Source: an uncultured Mycoplasmatota bacterium
Lineage (GTDB): Bacteria; Bacillota_I; Bacilli_A; RF39; UBA660
Reading direction: 5' to 3'
Assembly: GCA_900544605.1 (NCBI GenBank)
Contig: UQVP01000001.1
Span: 21,858 to 85,857, forward strand
Length of the DNA stretch: 64,000 bases
Positions 61,545-64,000 of the stretch are shown here, one piece after another. The notes beneath the pieces are model-generated. The model did no database searches and was not told where the DNA came from. It was given only the letters and a program-made list of their open reading frames with translations. Numbering within the stretch: the first letter of the stretch is position 1; every line of letters starts with the position of its first letter. Position numbers and translations under genes: made by a program.

Positions 61545-61736
61545 ATGTATAATACAGATACTTTAAAAAGATTAAGAAAAGAAAATAATCTTACAATATA
61601 TGAAATGGCAAAAAAACTTGGAATATCATCTTCTTATTATTCTCAAATTGAAAATAAAAAACGAAGACTCTATTATGATTTTGCTATCAAAATAGCAGCT
61701 ATATTTAATAAAAAACCAGATGATATTTTCTTGTAA
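61545..61736 (+). CDS. XRE-family HTH transcriptional regulator (Cro-like, 63 aa)
   Basis: HTH_3 block LTIYEMAKKLGIS; divergent from the 90-aa XRE gene. Confidence 0.65.
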   Translation: MYNTDTLKRLRKENNLTIYEMAKKLGISSSYYSQIENKKRRLYYDFAIKIAAIFNKKPDDIFL

Positions 61737-61840
61737 GATGTCAAATTACTTTACATTTTTTATTAATTAAGAAAAAATAATGATTAATAAACCATTATTT
61801 TAAAAAGGTAAAAAGTAATAATATTGCAAAATATAGAAAA

Positions 61841-62821
61841 TTAGCTATTATTTATTAACTTTGTAATTAAATCTTTATATTCTATTCCGCTATAAGCAAA
61901 TAGTTTTGGATACATACTAATTTCTGTAAACCCAGGTAAAGTATTTATTTCATTTAAATATAACTGACCATTATCTTCATCATAAAAAAAATCTATTCGC
62001 GCAAATCCTTTGCCGTTAATTCCATCAAAAGCTATTTTTACGTATTTAATAATTTTATCTTTAACTTCTTTTGTTAATTTAGCTGGAATTGTTGTACATG
62101 ATTTTTTATTCTCATATTTAGCATTATAATCATAAAATTCATTTGCTGGTAATATTTCTCCAATTTCAGATATATAAAAATCTTTATCTTCTAAAATACC
62201 ACATTCCAATTCACGGGCTTTAATAAACTTTTCAATTATGATTTTTTCATCGTATTTAAAAGCTTCAATAATAGCTTTTTTTAATTCTTTTTTATTGTTG
62301 GCTTTATTAATACCAATAGATGATCCACCATTAGCTGGTTTTACAATAAGTGGAAGACCTAATTTTTTTATTATGTCATGAATTTTAAACTTTTTGTTTG
62401 TTATGGTTATAAAAGGTACTTGTGGAATACCTAAATAAGAAAAAATCATCTTTGAAAAATCTTTATCCATACATATAGCACTGCTACTTGTTTTACAACC
62501 AACATATTTTATACCAAATAAATCTAACATTCCTTGTAATTTCCCATCTTCACCATTTTTTCCATGTGTAATTGGAAAAACTACGTCATATTTTTTTAAA
62601 TAATCCACAATATTATCAATGTGTTCATATTCTTGTTGTTTCCACTCACTTAAATAATCCACTTTTCCACCATATTCATACCAGTTATTATCATAGTCAA
62701 TAATTACAGTTGATACTTCAAATAAATTATTATCAATGTTATTTAATATTGATTTAGCTGAGATTAAAGAAACATTATGTTCGCTAGAGTTACCTCCACA
62801 TAAAACTAATACTTTTTTCAT
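61841..62821 (-). CDS. ddl: D-alanine--D-alanine ligase
   Basis: MKKVLVLCGGNSSEH N-terminus; ATP-grasp Ddl family length (326 aa). Confidence 0.85.
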   Translation of the reverse strand: MKKVLVLCGGNSSEHNVSLISAKSILNNIDNNLFEVSTVIIDYDNNWYEYGGKVDYLSEWKQQEYEHIDNIVDYLKKYDVVFPITHGKNGEDGKLQGMLDLFGIKYVGCKTSSSAICMDKDFSKMIFSYLGIPQVPFITITNKKFKIHDIIKKLGLPLIVKPANGGSSIGINKANNKKELKKAIIEAFKYDEKIIIEKFIKARELECGILEDKDFYISEIGEILPANEFYDYNAKYENKKSCTTIPAKLTKEVKDKIIKYVKIAFDGINGKGFARIDFFYDEDNGQLYLNEINTLPGFTEISMYPKLFAYSGIEYKDLITKLINNS

Positions 62822-63012
62822 ATCACACCTCTATAAAGTATATGTAATTAGCCTAAGAATGTGAAAGTGTAAACTACAAAAAAATAAAGAATATTTTTAT
62901 TGTGGAAAACATATTTATATGGTATAGTATATTTGATTTATGAGTTATTTTGTCAACCTTTTTAGAGAAACAATATAATAAATTTAAATCAAATCTAAAG
63001 AGGAGGACTTAA

Positions 63013-63198
63013 ATGCAAGATAAAGTTATTGTTTGTAAAGATTGTGGTAAAGAATTTACTTTTACAGTTAGAGACCAAGAATTTTATAAAGAAATGGGAT
63101 TCACTAACGAACCAGTAAGATGTAAAGAATGTCGCGCTGCAAAAAAAGCTAGAAGACAAGAAGAACAAAATCATTCTAGCAATCATCAAAACGCATAA
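63013..63198 (+). CDS. Small CxxC...CxxC zinc-ribbon protein
   Basis: VCKDCGK...RCKECRA; strong RBS AGAGGAGGA; followed by terminator at 63197-63222. Confidence 0.6.
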   Translation: MQDKVIVCKDCGKEFTFTVRDQEFYKEMGFTNEPVRCKECRAAKKARRQEEQNHSSNHQNA

Positions 63199-63215
63199 AA
63201 ACTCTTAGGAGTTTT

Positions 63216-63908
63216 TTATTTTGTTTTAATTTCATATGTGAATACGTTTTCATTGTAATTCAAAAATATTTCAAAGTCGTAATTATACTTGTTTTTAAAA
63301 TTGATTTTATAATTATTTATGTTATTTTTATCAATTCTGATAAGTATTTTTTTATCTATAAATTCACTATCATATAGTAAATCTATTTCTTGAATAGCAC
63401 CATTGTTTTTTTCTATTTGATGTATTTTAAAATTATAAATATCTTCATTAACATCTAGAACTAAGTAACTATTACTTTTATTTAATTTTATAATTGCCTC
63501 TTTTTCATCATAATCATAATTATCAACAAGTTCTAACTCTATAAAGTTAGTATTTTTATATTTATTAATTAAATTATCTAGGTTATTTTTAAGCTTTTTA
63601 ACAACTTTTTTATTTTTTGTGTAGCAGTACTTATTATTATTTTTATATTCCATATAATAGTTATTAGAAAAGTAAAAATTTATAATACTATCTTTGGTAT
63701 TTATTATTAAATTAGATTCATTATAATTATTATCGTTTTTAACACAATTCCACTTTATACTATTTAAATCATTTATAATAATATTGTAATCTTGATAGTA
63801 AATATTATTGTTGTTATATTTAATACTGTTTATTTCGTTATTGATATTTAATTTACTACTACATCCTGTAATAAAAATTAGTAGTATTAGAATGAGTATC
63901 TTTTTCAT
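63216..63908 (-). CDS. Asn-rich hypothetical lipoprotein
   Basis: Lipobox ITGCSS after signal peptide; low-complexity N/Y/K-rich. Confidence 0.5.
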   Translation of the reverse strand: MKKILILILLIFITGCSSKLNINNEINSIKYNNNNIYYQDYNIIINDLNSIKWNCVKNDNNYNESNLIINTKDSIINFYFSNNYYMEYKNNNKYCYTKNKKVVKKLKNNLDNLINKYKNTNFIELELVDNYDYDEKEAIIKLNKSNSYLVLDVNEDIYNFKIHQIEKNNGAIQEIDLLYDSEFIDKKILIRIDKNNINNYKINFKNKYNYDFEIFLNYNENVFTYEIKTK

Positions 63909-64000
63909 ATTACACCTCGTATTTATTATGCTTTTTATAAAGAAAAAAATACTATTAGATAGTATTATATTTTCTTTTCAAGGTAGTAGTTTCTTAATTC

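Noticed and set aside
1-64000. Mobile elements, CRISPR arrays, rRNA/tRNA genes
   Set aside because: No transposase, integrase or recombinase ORFs were seen, and no repeat-spacer arrays. No tRNA-like GTTCGAATC/T-loop signatures were spotted on reading. The only structured RNA found is ffs.

Overview
This window is the origin-of-replication region of a low-GC, endospore-forming Firmicute (Clostridia/Erysipelotrichia-like), very AT-rich by eye and with no mobile elements, CRISPR arrays, rRNA or tRNA genes. Genes left of about 17.5 kb are all on the minus strand and genes to the right are on the plus strand. The left half is mfd, pth, rsmI, yabB-like, ricT, holB, bofA-like, recR, ybaB, dnaX, tadA, a compact SRP RNA, gyrA, gyrB, recF, a comK-like gene, dnaN and dnaA. 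After oriC come rpmH, rnpA, yidC, jag, mnmE, mnmG, rsmG, a ParB/Noc-family gene, uvrB, lgt, trxB, yvcK, whiA, rplI, dnaB, an MBL hydrolase and rlmH. These are followed by an accessory-looking operon (secreted protein, three permeases, ABC ATPase), then spoIIR, mntP and murA. Next comes a large cell-wall and sporulation block: aminotransferase plus ATP-grasp, three FemAB paralogs, a MurJ-like flippase, three M23 peptidases, spoIID, spoIIQ-like, spoIIID, mbl, tagO-like and ddl. The window ends with typA, a membrane-anchored nuclease, a divergent XRE pair and small terminal genes. The most interesting signals are DNA-level. Four near-perfect parS palindromes are packed into about 300 bp around the SRP RNA gene. 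A 16-mer, TATTTCCCAGGAAATA, occurs four times across unrelated coding frames and resembles the B. subtilis Noc-binding site. A ParB/Noc-like protein at the noc locus has an atypical architecture and no soj-spo0J downstream. The comK homolog sits between dnaN and recF behind tandem Spo0A-box-like repeats. oriC is bipartite, with TTTTCCACA-type DnaA boxes on both sides of dnaA.
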